Positions 8,922-17,966 of a stretch of DNA of 17,990 bases are shown here, in pieces. Location of the stretch: contig JAFGOA010000002.1 in assembly GCA_016926735.1 (NCBI GenBank), forward strand, positions 1-17,990, read 5' to 3'. Every line of letters begins with the position of its first letter. Position 1 is the first letter of the stretch. The stretch comes from Promethearchaeota archaeon. GTDB taxonomy: Archaea > Asgardarchaeota > Lokiarchaeia > Sigyniarchaeales > SOKP01. A program made the position numbers and the translations under genes. The notes below the pieces were generated by a model that worked only from the letters and a program-made list of their open reading frames with translations, made no database searches and was not told the origin of the DNA.

Positions 8922-10070
8922 ATGAATAAAATTAGAATTGGAATTATTGGCATAGGAAATTGTGCTAGTTCTTTAATACAAGGGATTGAATATTATAAAA
9001 ACAAACAAATAGATAATGCTATTGGATTAATGCATTGGAATATAGGTGGATATATCCCTTTAGATATAGAAGTTGTTTGTGGATTCGATGTTGATGCTAG
9101 AAAGGTAGGGAAGGATATTTCTGAAGCTATTTTCGCACCTCCTAATTGCTGTAGCACCTTTTATGAAAAAATCCCTTATAAAAATGTAAAAATTAAAATG
9201 GGAAAAATTTTAGATAGCATAGCACCTCATATGAAATATCATGATGAAAAATTATCTTTTGTTATTTCCAAGGAAAATGAAGCAACTAAAGAGGATATTG
9301 TAAAAGAATTGACTAATACTAATTGTGAAATATTAATTAATTTTATTCCCGTAGGTTCAGAAAACGCCACAAAATTTTATGTTGAATGTGCTCTTGAAGC
9401 AAAAATAGGATTTATTAATTGTATTCCTGTATTTATTGCCAGTAATCAAGATTGGGCAAGAAGATTCGAAGCTATGAATATTCCTATAATAGGAGATGAT
9501 ATTAAATCACAAATAGGGGCAACTATTATACATCGAGTGCTTACCAATTTATTTAAAAAACGGGGTGTAAGACTCAATAGAACATATCAATTAAATACAG
9601 GAGGAAATACTGATTTTTTAAATATGATTGATAGGTCAAGATTAATTTCCAAAAAAAAATCTAAAACAGAAGCAGTTCAATCTCAAATGGATAATAGATT
9701 AAAGGATGAAAATATACATATTGGTCCAAGTGATTGGGTTCCTTGGCAAAAAGATAATAAAATATGTTTTATAAGAATGGAAGGTAATATATTTGGCGAT
9801 ATACCTATTGATCTAGAATTAAGACTATCAGTTCAAGATTCTCCAAATTCTGCTGGAGTTGTTATTGATGCAATAAGATGTATGAAATTGGCATTGGATA
9901 GAAATCAAGGAGGACTTTTATATTCACCATCGGCTTTTTTTATGAAACACCCACCTTTACAATTAACAGATGAAGATGCCTTTAAACTAGTAGAAGACTT
10001 TATAAATGGAAACCACATTGAAGAAACTCCAACAGAAATAAAAAATTACATTAAAAACAATTTAAAATAG
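8922..10070 (+). CDS. ino1: Myo-inositol-1-phosphate synthase (archaeal/actinobacterial short type)
   Basis: GIGNCASSL, GDDIKSQIGAT, YQLNTGGNTDFLN, SKKKSKT, DSPNSAG and FFMKHPP motifs. Confidence 0.95.
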   Translation: MNKIRIGIIGIGNCASSLIQGIEYYKNKQIDNAIGLMHWNIGGYIPLDIEVVCGFDVDARKVGKDISEAIFAPPNCCSTFYEKIPYKNVKIKMGKILDSIAPHMKYHDEKLSFVISKENEATKEDIVKELTNTNCEILINFIPVGSENATKFYVECALEAKIGFINCIPVFIASNQDWARRFEAMNIPIIGDDIKSQIGATIIHRVLTNLFKKRGVRLNRTYQLNTGGNTDFLNMIDRSRLISKKKSKTEAVQSQMDNRLKDENIHIGPSDWVPWQKDNKICFIRMEGNIFGDIPIDLELRLSVQDSPNSAGVVIDAIRCMKLALDRNQGGLLYSPSAFFMKHPPLQLTDEDAFKLVEDFINGNHIEETPTEIKNYIKNNLK

Positions 10071-10098
10071 AATATATTTGGCTCTGGTTTAAATTATT

Positions 10099-12576
10099 CT
10101 AATTTAATATTATAATTTTTTTTTCTTGTGGTGTAGATACTTTTTCTACTCCTAATGTTGTTACATATTCAGCTACATCAAGTAATTTTTTTGGATTTTC
10201 ATGAAAAAAACATACCTCTTTTGGTTCCAGACTTTTTATCATTTCAGTCAATTGAATTTTATCGCCATGTAATTTAATTTTAATTTGAGGAGCAAATTCA
10301 TTAATCAATAATGCTCTAATAGGTACTTTCCAAGTTTCTGATAACTCAATTGACTTTTCTTTAGGATCACTTTCTTCTGGAGGATTCAAAAGACTATACC
10401 CGGGTTCTTCATGAATTGCTCCTGCTAAGAATATAATATTATGTGGATTTCGTCCAATTATGTTTATAATATTTCTAATTATTCCATAAGATAAATCAGG
10501 TGGGTGAGATATAATAATATTATTCTTTTTTTTTAGAAATTCTAAATTATCTCGATCAAACCAACGAAATTTTATACTATTAAAAGGATTTGCTTTATCT
10601 CTTATTAATCTTGAAATTGGTCCATAAATATATTCATATCGATGATTTATTACTTGTATATTCTTTCTTACCATCATATCTACATAAATATTAGGTCTTT
10701 TATCGTACGATCTTTTTAATTGTTTCTTTCTGAAATGTCGCCAAAACGTTAACATTAAACTGATTGCTAAGCTCGAAGGATCTGCTCCAATTAAGGAACT
10801 ATCCCCATATTCTGCTTTTTGTTCTAGAAATAATATCAAACTGTGAAAATGTTGAGAAGGATTTCCATATTCTTCATATGCATTAGATCCATCTATTAGG
10901 AGAAAATCTATAGGACGAGATATTTGTTTTAAGAATCTTTGTGTTCCTGCAAATGGTGTTATATCATAATAAGTATAATCCCCAGAATAAAGAAAACGAT
11001 AATCTTTGGCTTTTACTAATAACATTAATGCTCCAGGCATATGACCAGCATGAAAAAATGAAAAATAATAATTTTTTTCTTTAAATGCTATTTTATCGCC
11101 ATTTTCTACATATATTACATTTTTAATTATATTAAGATATTCTTCATCTATAATTTCATCTTTCTGTTCTTGTTTTAAAAATTCAGAATCTCTAAGTAAA
11201 TAAAGATCTAATGTAATTCTAGAACACAATAATGGTATATTTGGATATTTTTTAATTAGATCTTTTAATCCTGAAACGTGGTCATAATGACTATGGGAAA
11301 GAAAAATAGCATCGATCCTAGGCTCAAAACCTTCTTCGTTTAGAATAGATACTTTTTGTTGAATTTCATCAGAATTAATATCTATCCTTTCAGGATCTTT
11401 TACAATGATTTCTTTTTTTCCAATTAAGTTTTTATTTGTATCAATAATATTATCTTCAATTTTAGATTCTGAATTTTCTTGGTCTTGTTCAATAATCTCT
11501 TCAAAATTACGTAATTCTTCAATATCTTCTAATTTTATTCCTTGTTCTTCTTCATTTCCAGAGAGAATTATTTTACTCTTTTCTATATTCTTTAAACATT
11601 CATTTAAATTTTCCAGATAATTATCTATATCCACTAAAAACTCTTCTGTTATCCCACAATCTAAAAGAATATTTAATTGACCAAGTCCAAGAATAATACA
11701 ATTATGATTAGGTCGTAAAGCAATAGGGTAAAGGGTTATTCGTATTTTACTTGAATCTGATAAATTGGTAGATAATGAGATATCATTAAAATAATTCTGA
11801 TCAAACCTCTTCTCTACCTTATCAATTGCAATTGAGATTTCACTATCTCCAACTGGAATTCCCGTAATATAAAAATACCAACCATATTTTATTACAAGAG
11901 CTTCTAAATTTTCATACATTTGATCCCCAATTAATGATTTAATAACAATAACCTTTTCATCATTGTAATAATTAATTTTTCTTATAGCTTCCTTTTCTTT
12001 TAGAGGAACCAATTCTGAATTAATAAAGAAGTCTTTTATTGTTTCATCAATAGGAGTTTGCTTAATTTTTCTATCCTTAATTATATTGAGATATTTACGA
12101 TATTCTTTTGTTTTATATAATGGACGCATATTTTTTTTTTCATTTATGGGTATTTCAAAAACCTCTTCTTTAAAAGTTCTGGTATTTACTGTAATCTCTT
12201 GTTTTTTTTCTTTTTTTTCAGATGGTGGTTTTTCACCATATGTTTTTATTACGAAAAAAAACCAACCATATTTATCTATCAATTTGTTTCTATTCCATAT
12301 TAGGTCTTTTCCTTTGGGAGTTACAACAATAATTATTCTTTCATTTTTCTTATAGATTATTTTGGTAATTGAATTTTTAGTGGGCTCAGAAATCAAATTA
12401 TTATCATTCGAAAAGAAATCATCCAAAACCTGATTAATATCAAGTTGAATAATATTTTTTTCTTCCATATATTTTATTTTTTGAATATAAGAGTTGATTT
12501 TAAAAGAGATTTTCAAAATATCATCTTCTAATAATTCGATCTCTTGAGTTTTGTATCTAAATGATTTCTTTTCCAT
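10099..12576 (-). CDS. Divergent metallo-beta-lactamase/beta-CASP family nuclease with long N-terminal extension
   Basis: LLDCG, SHSHYDH, AGHMPG, YSGD, LIDGS, LHGD and FFHE motifs in canonical beta-CASP order. Confidence 0.8.
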   Translation of the reverse strand: MEKKSFRYKTQEIELLEDDILKISFKINSYIQKIKYMEEKNIIQLDINQVLDDFFSNDNNLISEPTKNSITKIIYKKNERIIIVVTPKGKDLIWNRNKLIDKYGWFFFVIKTYGEKPPSEKKEKKQEITVNTRTFKEEVFEIPINEKKNMRPLYKTKEYRKYLNIIKDRKIKQTPIDETIKDFFINSELVPLKEKEAIRKINYYNDEKVIVIKSLIGDQMYENLEALVIKYGWYFYITGIPVGDSEISIAIDKVEKRFDQNYFNDISLSTNLSDSSKIRITLYPIALRPNHNCIILGLGQLNILLDCGITEEFLVDIDNYLENLNECLKNIEKSKIILSGNEEEQGIKLEDIEELRNFEEIIEQDQENSESKIEDNIIDTNKNLIGKKEIIVKDPERIDINSDEIQQKVSILNEEGFEPRIDAIFLSHSHYDHVSGLKDLIKKYPNIPLLCSRITLDLYLLRDSEFLKQEQKDEIIDEEYLNIIKNVIYVENGDKIAFKEKNYYFSFFHAGHMPGALMLLVKAKDYRFLYSGDYTYYDITPFAGTQRFLKQISRPIDFLLIDGSNAYEEYGNPSQHFHSLILFLEQKAEYGDSSLIGADPSSLAISLMLTFWRHFRKKQLKRSYDKRPNIYVDMMVRKNIQVINHRYEYIYGPISRLIRDKANPFNSIKFRWFDRDNLEFLKKKNNIIISHPPDLSYGIIRNIINIIGRNPHNIIFLAGAIHEEPGYSLLNPPEESDPKEKSIELSETWKVPIRALLINEFAPQIKIKLHGDKIQLTEMIKSLEPKEVCFFHENPKKLLDVAEYVTTLGVEKVSTPQEKKIIILN

Positions 12577-12740
12577 AGTAAATTTTATAATTTTTAATAA
12601 ATATAACTTATGATTTAATACGATTTATTGTAATAAAATTTAATTATAGTTGATTTTATTGATAATCTTGGTTTAGTAAAACCTTTATTTGAATCTTAAA
12701 ATTTAATCATAATTATATTTAAATATCAGTTTTTTTAGAA

Positions 12741-12932
12741 TTATCTTCTTTCAGTAATAACACATATATCATCTATAGAGATATACGAAATGTTGTTATA
12801 TTTATCTTCAATCATCAATAAGTTATCATTAGCTATTTCTACTAATTTTCCACTAAATTTTTCATTTAAATTTTTAATATGAATATAGACATCTAGATTT
12901 ACTAATTTTTCAAAAACACTTTTTGGGATCAT
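12741..12932 (-). CDS. Small Sm/LSm/Hfq-like fold protein
   Basis: 63 aa; helix then V-x-I-x-I..KFSGKLVEI..NLLMIED..ISYISIDDICVI pattern matches the Sm1/Sm2 strand arrangement. Confidence 0.6.
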   Translation of the reverse strand: MIPKSVFEKLVNLDVYIHIKNLNEKFSGKLVEIANDNLLMIEDKYNNISYISIDDICVITERR

Positions 12933-13067
12933 AATATTCTTTGATTTATTGTTATTATTGTATTAATTAGATAACTAAAAATAAATATTTTAGGAATATT
13001 TAGAAAAAAACATAAGAAAAAAGTTCCTTTAATAATTTATTGAAAAGATTAATATTGTATATTAGTT

Positions 13068-13640
13068 ATGAGTGGATTACATTTTGTATGGGGAATTACT
13101 GGTTCAGGATATTTAATAAAGGAATCAATAGACCTAATGAATCAATTACAGGAACACCACGAGGTTGACCTTACAGTAGCATTATCAAAAGAAGGTGCTA
13201 TCGTTGTAAAATGGTATAAACAATGGGATTATTTAAATGAAGTAGTGAAAAAAGTAAAGGTTGAGACTAGTCCAAATAATCCTTTCCTTGCTGGACCTCT
13301 CCAAATTGGTAAATATGATTTTTTACTTGTATGTCCTGTATCTGCTAATTCAGTAGCTAAAATAGTCTGTGGAATTGCAGATACCTTAATTACAAATTGT
13401 GTTGCTCAAACAATAAAAGGAGGAATTCCGGTCTATTTATTGCCATCAGATCAACATGATACTCCAATAGTCACTTCAAGAACGGATGGAACACCACTTA
13501 TTCTCAAAATTAGAGATATAGAAATGCAAAATATAAATTTATTAAAAAAAATGAGGGGTCTTACAGTATTTTCAAATTTCGAAGAATTAAAGAAATATTT
13601 TAATACAAAACTACAATTTTATAGGAAGACTTTTGATTAG
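13068..13640 (+). CDS. afpA: Archaeoflavoprotein AfpA-like FMN protein (HFCD flavoprotein superfamily, related to dihydromethanopterin reductase DmrX)
   Basis: WGITGSG, LSKEG, LAGPLQIGKYD and PVSANSVAKIVCGIADTLITN motifs; no Fe-S insert. Confidence 0.75.
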   Translation: MSGLHFVWGITGSGYLIKESIDLMNQLQEHHEVDLTVALSKEGAIVVKWYKQWDYLNEVVKKVKVETSPNNPFLAGPLQIGKYDFLLVCPVSANSVAKIVCGIADTLITNCVAQTIKGGIPVYLLPSDQHDTPIVTSRTDGTPLILKIRDIEMQNINLLKKMRGLTVFSNFEELKKYFNTKLQFYRKTFD

Positions 13641-13658
13641 ATAAACAGATAAAAAAAA

Positions 13659-14210
13659 ATGCCATACAAAGAAATTAAAATAGAACAAATAATATTCGAA
13701 CCAGATGTTCAATCTTATTGCAATACAAAAGATTATAAATGTCCAAATTATAATCATTCATGGGCCTGTCCTCCAGTATCACCATATTTAGAATATGAAG
13801 TTGCTAAATACTCAAGATTTTATTTGATATATTATAAATTTAATTTAAATGCTTATATTAATAAATATCAAAAGAAAAATTCTAGCAAGAATAATAAAGA
13901 GATATTATATTCACTTTATTCACAATATATAATAAGAGATCATTTAGAAGAAGAAATATTGAATTTTCTAAAGGAATATAAAGCAATTTATAAAGAAAAA
14001 CTAATTTTATGGGATGGATTTTGTCGAAAATGTTATAAGGAAAAACTTTCTTGTACCTATGATAAAAAAATGCCTTGTCGCTATAATCTAAGATATTCTA
14101 TGGAAGCTGTAGGCATTAATGTTGATAAAACTGTTAGAAATATAGGAATCAATATAGAATGGCCTCAAATTGAATATGTTTATAGATTTGGCTTAGTATG
14201 TTTTAAATAA
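13659..14210 (+). CDS. DUF2284-family Cys-rich predicted metal-binding protein
   Basis: C...CPNY..SWACPP, GFCRKC...C...PCRY and RYSMEAVGINV motifs; 18 nt after afpA. Confidence 0.8.
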   Translation: MPYKEIKIEQIIFEPDVQSYCNTKDYKCPNYNHSWACPPVSPYLEYEVAKYSRFYLIYYKFNLNAYINKYQKKNSSKNNKEILYSLYSQYIIRDHLEEEILNFLKEYKAIYKEKLILWDGFCRKCYKEKLSCTYDKKMPCRYNLRYSMEAVGINVDKTVRNIGINIEWPQIEYVYRFGLVCFK

Positions 14211-14250
14211 TAGAAAGAAGTTTATTATATGAGTAATACAAAGGACATGT

Positions 14251-14688
14251 TTAGATTTTAAACCTATAACTAATAGCATCTTCAGGACATAATCTAACAC
14301 AATTTAGACATCCATTACACTTAATAGAATCAATCATTTTAATTTTAATCATTTCTTTAGTATTTCTCAAATGAAATTTGTAAAATAGTTTCTGAGGATA
14401 AAAGTTTTGTCCTTTATCAATACATATTTCACATAAATTACATTTTTCAAGATCTATATTAATGGATATATTCTGTGAAAAATCTTCGCTTGATATAACG
14501 GTAATTGCATTTCTTGGACAAACTTGAATACAATTAAAGCACCCCTTACATTTAATATAATTTATATATCTGACTCCGTTTTTAAAATTAATAGCCTTAT
14601 TCTTGCAAGCACGTACACATCGTTCACATTTAATACAAATATTTTGTTCAATGTGAATTGGAATAAATTTTTCTTTAATTTGACTCAA
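14251..14688 (-). CDS. Polyferredoxin (up to four 4Fe-4S clusters)
   Basis: CIKCERCVRAC, CKGCFNCIQVCP, CNLCEIC and CNGCLNCVRLCP; TTG start. Confidence 0.85.
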   Translation of the reverse strand: MSQIKEKFIPIHIEQNICIKCERCVRACKNKAINFKNGVRYINYIKCKGCFNCIQVCPRNAITVISSEDFSQNISINIDLEKCNLCEICIDKGQNFYPQKLFYKFHLRNTKEMIKIKMIDSIKCNGCLNCVRLCPEDAISYRFKI

Positions 14689-14987
14689 TTCATAAATTAA
14701 GCATATTAATATAATTATTTATTCAAAATAAAAAAGGTAAATTTAGGATAAAAATAGTCCTTTTATATTTTAAATTAGGTCAATCTATCGAATATTTCTG
14801 TAATTCATTTATATTATTTTAATTCAAATATGTATTTATTCATTCTTTAAATTGATGAATATTCTTTAAAAAAGATAAAAAGTATAGTAACATAAATCTT
14901 AAAAGATACCTGATGAGTGAACTTTTTATTATTAGATAAAATTATGAAAAAGATGTGTTAAGATAATAAGTATATTATAATCTGTAA

Positions 14988-15782
14988 TTAACGATAATAT
15001 TGTGGATAATCTCCTTTTGAACCTTGCTCAGATAATTGTTTCCTGCTGAATTCTTGTGCTTTCTCTGCCAATTCAAGCATTTTCTGTTTAATTTCCTTTC
15101 CTTCTTCCATTAATTGAGAGATATTAATGTTTAACCCATAAATTTCATTTAAAATTGAAATAATTGAAGCTGCAGCTTCTGGAGTTGGAATTTGATATAC
15201 AGGAGCAAATAAAGCATATCCCTGCAATTTATTTGATAATGTTTCATTGAGTATAGTTGATTCTGGTCCAATGATTATTCCTTTATCAAATTTTTTTATT
15301 CCATATTGCTCAAGATAATCTACTAACTCTGCTTCAGCAGCATAATAGACTGAGAAATCATCAATTACTCCCGCTTGAGGAATACCTTGGAAAATAACTA
15401 TCTGTTTTGCTTGAACATCCTCATTTAGAGCCCAATTATTTATAGTTCTCGCCAAATCATTATAAGCAGATGATATTTCAAAAGGAACCTCACATATTCC
15501 TATGATAATATTAAATTTTGGTGAATAATATACTCTAAAAGGATGTTTGAGTACGCCAGAATAAAACACTGATATAGGGGGAAGAAATTCACTAGTAATA
15601 AAACCAATTTCTTTTATATCAGGTATCTGTTTTATAAGTGTATTTGCTATAATAGGACCTATAAGACCAATACCCGCAAAGCCTAATAAAATAGTAACAT
15701 CTTTTTTAATTTGTGTTGAAAAGTCTTCAATAACAACTTTACTTTTCCTTCCAGGATCACATATATATTCCTTAACAACCAT
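14988..15782 (-). CDS. PAC2-family proteasome assembly chaperone (PbaA/PbaB-like), copy 2
   Basis: GFAGIGLIGPI, LPP...HPFRVY, PTPEAA and L.EEGKEIK motifs; C-terminus QYYR (HbYX). Confidence 0.85.
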   Translation of the reverse strand: MVVKEYICDPGRKSKVVIEDFSTQIKKDVTILLGFAGIGLIGPIIANTLIKQIPDIKEIGFITSEFLPPISVFYSGVLKHPFRVYYSPKFNIIIGICEVPFEISSAYNDLARTINNWALNEDVQAKQIVIFQGIPQAGVIDDFSVYYAAEAELVDYLEQYGIKKFDKGIIIGPESTILNETLSNKLQGYALFAPVYQIPTPEAAASIISILNEIYGLNINISQLMEEGKEIKQKMLELAEKAQEFSRKQLSEQGSKGDYPQYYR

Positions 15783-15855
15783 ATAATATCATTAATTTTC
15801 GTTTTTATAACATTTTTTAATTTTAGATTTAAATATAACAAAGATTAAAAGTTAT

Positions 15856-16644
15856 TTATTGATAATATTGACTATATCCATCCTTTGTACCTTCAGAAAG
15901 TTGTTTACTCTGGAGTTCTTGGGTTTTTTCAGCTAATTCTAACATTTTTTCTTTAATTTCTTTTCCTTCCTCTAATAATGCGGATGTATTGATATTCATT
16001 TTGAATTTCTTATTTAATATATTAATTAGAGAAGCAGCTCCCTCAGGTGTTGGAATCTGATAAACAGGAGTGAATAATATAAGAATTTCTAATCGATTGG
16101 TTAATGCTTCATTTATAATAGTTGCTTCAGGACCAACAATGATTCCTTTTTCTACCTTTTTAATGCCTGCTTCTTCCAACTCTTTAATTAATTCGTGTTC
16201 TGAAGCATAATATACTTTAAATTCTTCAATCATACCTCCAGTGGGAATTCCTTGGAAAAGAATTACATCCTGAATATTAATATCATCAGATAATGCCCAG
16301 TTGCAAATTGTTTTAGCTAAATCACTATAGGCAGAGGGTAATTGAAAAGGAACTTCAGCAATTCCTAAGATTATATTATATTTTTGGCTATAATATAGTC
16401 GAAAAGGATGTTTAAGAACACCATCGTAAAATGTTGAAATTGGGGGTAACATTTCTGAAGTAATAAACCCAATTTCCTTTAAATCTTTTATCTGTTCTAC
16501 TAATGTATTTCCAATAATAGGACCTAATAATCCGATTCCTGCAAAACCTAATATAAGTGTTGGATTATCTTTGAATTTTACAGAGAGATCCTCTATAACC
16601 ACTTTACTCTTTTTTCCAGGAGGACATATATATTCCTTTTTCAT
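15856..16644 (-). CDS. PAC2-family proteasome assembly chaperone (PbaA/PbaB-like), copy 1
   Basis: GFAGIGLLGPI, HPFRLY and PTPEGA motifs; C-terminus QYYQ (HbYX). Confidence 0.85.
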   Translation of the reverse strand: MKKEYICPPGKKSKVVIEDLSVKFKDNPTLILGFAGIGLLGPIIGNTLVEQIKDLKEIGFITSEMLPPISTFYDGVLKHPFRLYYSQKYNIILGIAEVPFQLPSAYSDLAKTICNWALSDDINIQDVILFQGIPTGGMIEEFKVYYASEHELIKELEEAGIKKVEKGIIVGPEATIINEALTNRLEILILFTPVYQIPTPEGAASLINILNKKFKMNINTSALLEEGKEIKEKMLELAEKTQELQSKQLSEGTKDGYSQYYQ

Positions 16645-16889
16645 TTTTCCAAATTTTGTTTATTAATTGAATAAATTATAAAAGCTATATTTTTAAATTT
16701 TATTTAAAATCATAAGATTTAGTCTGATTTTAAAGTCTATATTTTTAAAAATAATTGATACTTATAATATAAAAATTAGAAAGATACTAAATTTTATGTA
16801 AATAAAATATTTTTCATTATTTTTTTTTCAATTAGTATTATCATAATAAACAAATTTAGTACTAGTCTTTAAAATTATACAAAAGAAGA

Positions 16890-17966
16890 ATGTCAAAGTA
16901 TAAAAAATCAATTTTAGTTATAGGTTTTAATACACGTCCAATAGTACAATCACTATACAGAATTGGGTTAAAAATATATGTCATTGATTTTTTTGGGGAC
17001 TTGGACCTATATCCCTATGTAGAAGATAGTATTATTATATCAAAAAGAATTAATAAGAATTATTTCAATCTAAAAGATGATTATAAAAGTCATTTAGCTA
17101 ATTTTACAATCGAATTATTAGAAAAATACCCAAATATCGATTACATACTGATTGGGAGTGGATTGGATGATTCCTTTAATGAAAGATTACTAATTAAAGA
17201 AAAAATCAAAAGAAGAAAATCTATAATTGAGCTTCATAATTCTATAGAAACAATAGTGAAAGCAAGAGACATCTTAAAAATTTATGGAATAATAAAAAAA
17301 AGAGGATATCACACTCCATCAACAAAAATTCTAATTGATTTTGATTTGAATAACGATCATATACAATATCCATTTATTCTTAAACGAAAAAATAGTTCAG
17401 GAGGAATCAATGTAAATCTAATTAATAGTAAAGCACAGTTTATAGATAAAACAAATTACATCATGACTCAAAATCAAGAAAAAGAGTGGTTGGTCCAGGA
17501 ATATATAGATGGAATAAATATAAGCAGTACTATCATATCTAATGGAAAACATGTTGAAATTATCTCAATAAATCAACAGATTATTGGTTTGAATTTTGTA
17601 AATTCACCCAAAGAATATATGTATTGTGGAAATATCGTTCCAGCAAATATATCTAAAGATGAAATTAATGATATCATAGAAATATCAAAATTTTTATCTA
17701 AATTCCTAAGATTGAGAGGCATTAATGGATTTGATTTTGTTGTTAGAGATAAAATTCCATATTTAATGGAAATAAATCCTAGAATTCCAGGTTCTCTTCA
17801 AGCATCTGAAAATGCTTTAAAAAAAAATTTATTAAAATTACATATAGATTCTTTTTTTTCAGACAAATGGAATTCAATGAAGAATTGTTTAAATTCAAAA
17901 AAAAAAAAAAAGAATTTTTCAACAAAATTAATATTTTTTTCTCCAAAAAAAAAAAAACAAAATTAA
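16890..17966 (+). CDS. ATP-grasp ligase, COG2232-like (associated with methanopterin/methanofuran C1 pathways); 3' end probably unreliable or truncated
   Basis: GFNTRP, IDFFGDLDL, VQEYIDG, YCGNIVP, GINGFDF and MEINPRIPGS motifs; the last ~100 nt degrade into A/T homopolymers. Confidence 0.75.
   Translation: MSKYKKSILVIGFNTRPIVQSLYRIGLKIYVIDFFGDLDLYPYVEDSIIISKRINKNYFNLKDDYKSHLANFTIELLEKYPNIDYILIGSGLDDSFNERLLIKEKIKRRKSIIELHNSIETIVKARDILKIYGIIKKRGYHTPSTKILIDFDLNNDHIQYPFILKRKNSSGGINVNLINSKAQFIDKTNYIMTQNQEKEWLVQEYIDGINISSTIISNGKHVEIISINQQIIGLNFVNSPKEYMYCGNIVPANISKDEINDIIEISKFLSKFLRLRGINGFDFVVRDKIPYLMEINPRIPGSLQASENALKKNLLKLHIDSFFSDKWNSMKNCLNSKKKKKNFSTKLIFFSPKKKKQN

Noticed and set aside
8572-9659. 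Other A9 runs (8572-8580 in the regulator, 9651-9659 in ino1) as recoding sites
   Set aside because: Lys codons in an AT-rich genome, no evident stimulator, and truncation would not release a sensible domain. They serve as background for the chlD and copA candidates.
8187-10070. PadR gene upstream of ino1, as in the actinobacterial PadR-ino1 arrangement
   Set aside because: 282-nt gap, TRASH domain and divergent copA point to copper regulation; the adjacency is probably incidental.
11323-11649. Intein as the explanation for the nuclease insertion
   Set aside because: No C/S...HN-C/S/T splice junctions or LAGLIDADG motifs seen.
5560-12355. Short antisense ORFs 5560-5775, 6199-6387, 11405-11620 and 12086-12355
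   Set aside because: Shadow ORFs of copA and the beta-CASP gene; their F/S/I-rich sequence mirrors K/E-rich sense codons.
13068-14688. Selenocysteine readthrough in the redox genes
   Set aside because: These ORFs end in TAG/TAA at family-typical lengths, with no in-frame TGA at a Cys position.
14888-14975. Hammerhead-ribozyme-like core (CTGATGA...hairpin...GAAA) in the ferredoxin-PAC2 spacer
   Set aside because: Stem II is weak and closed by G-U, no proper stem I forms, and the UH cleavage site is out of register in both topologies tried. An Infernal/Rfam scan would settle it.
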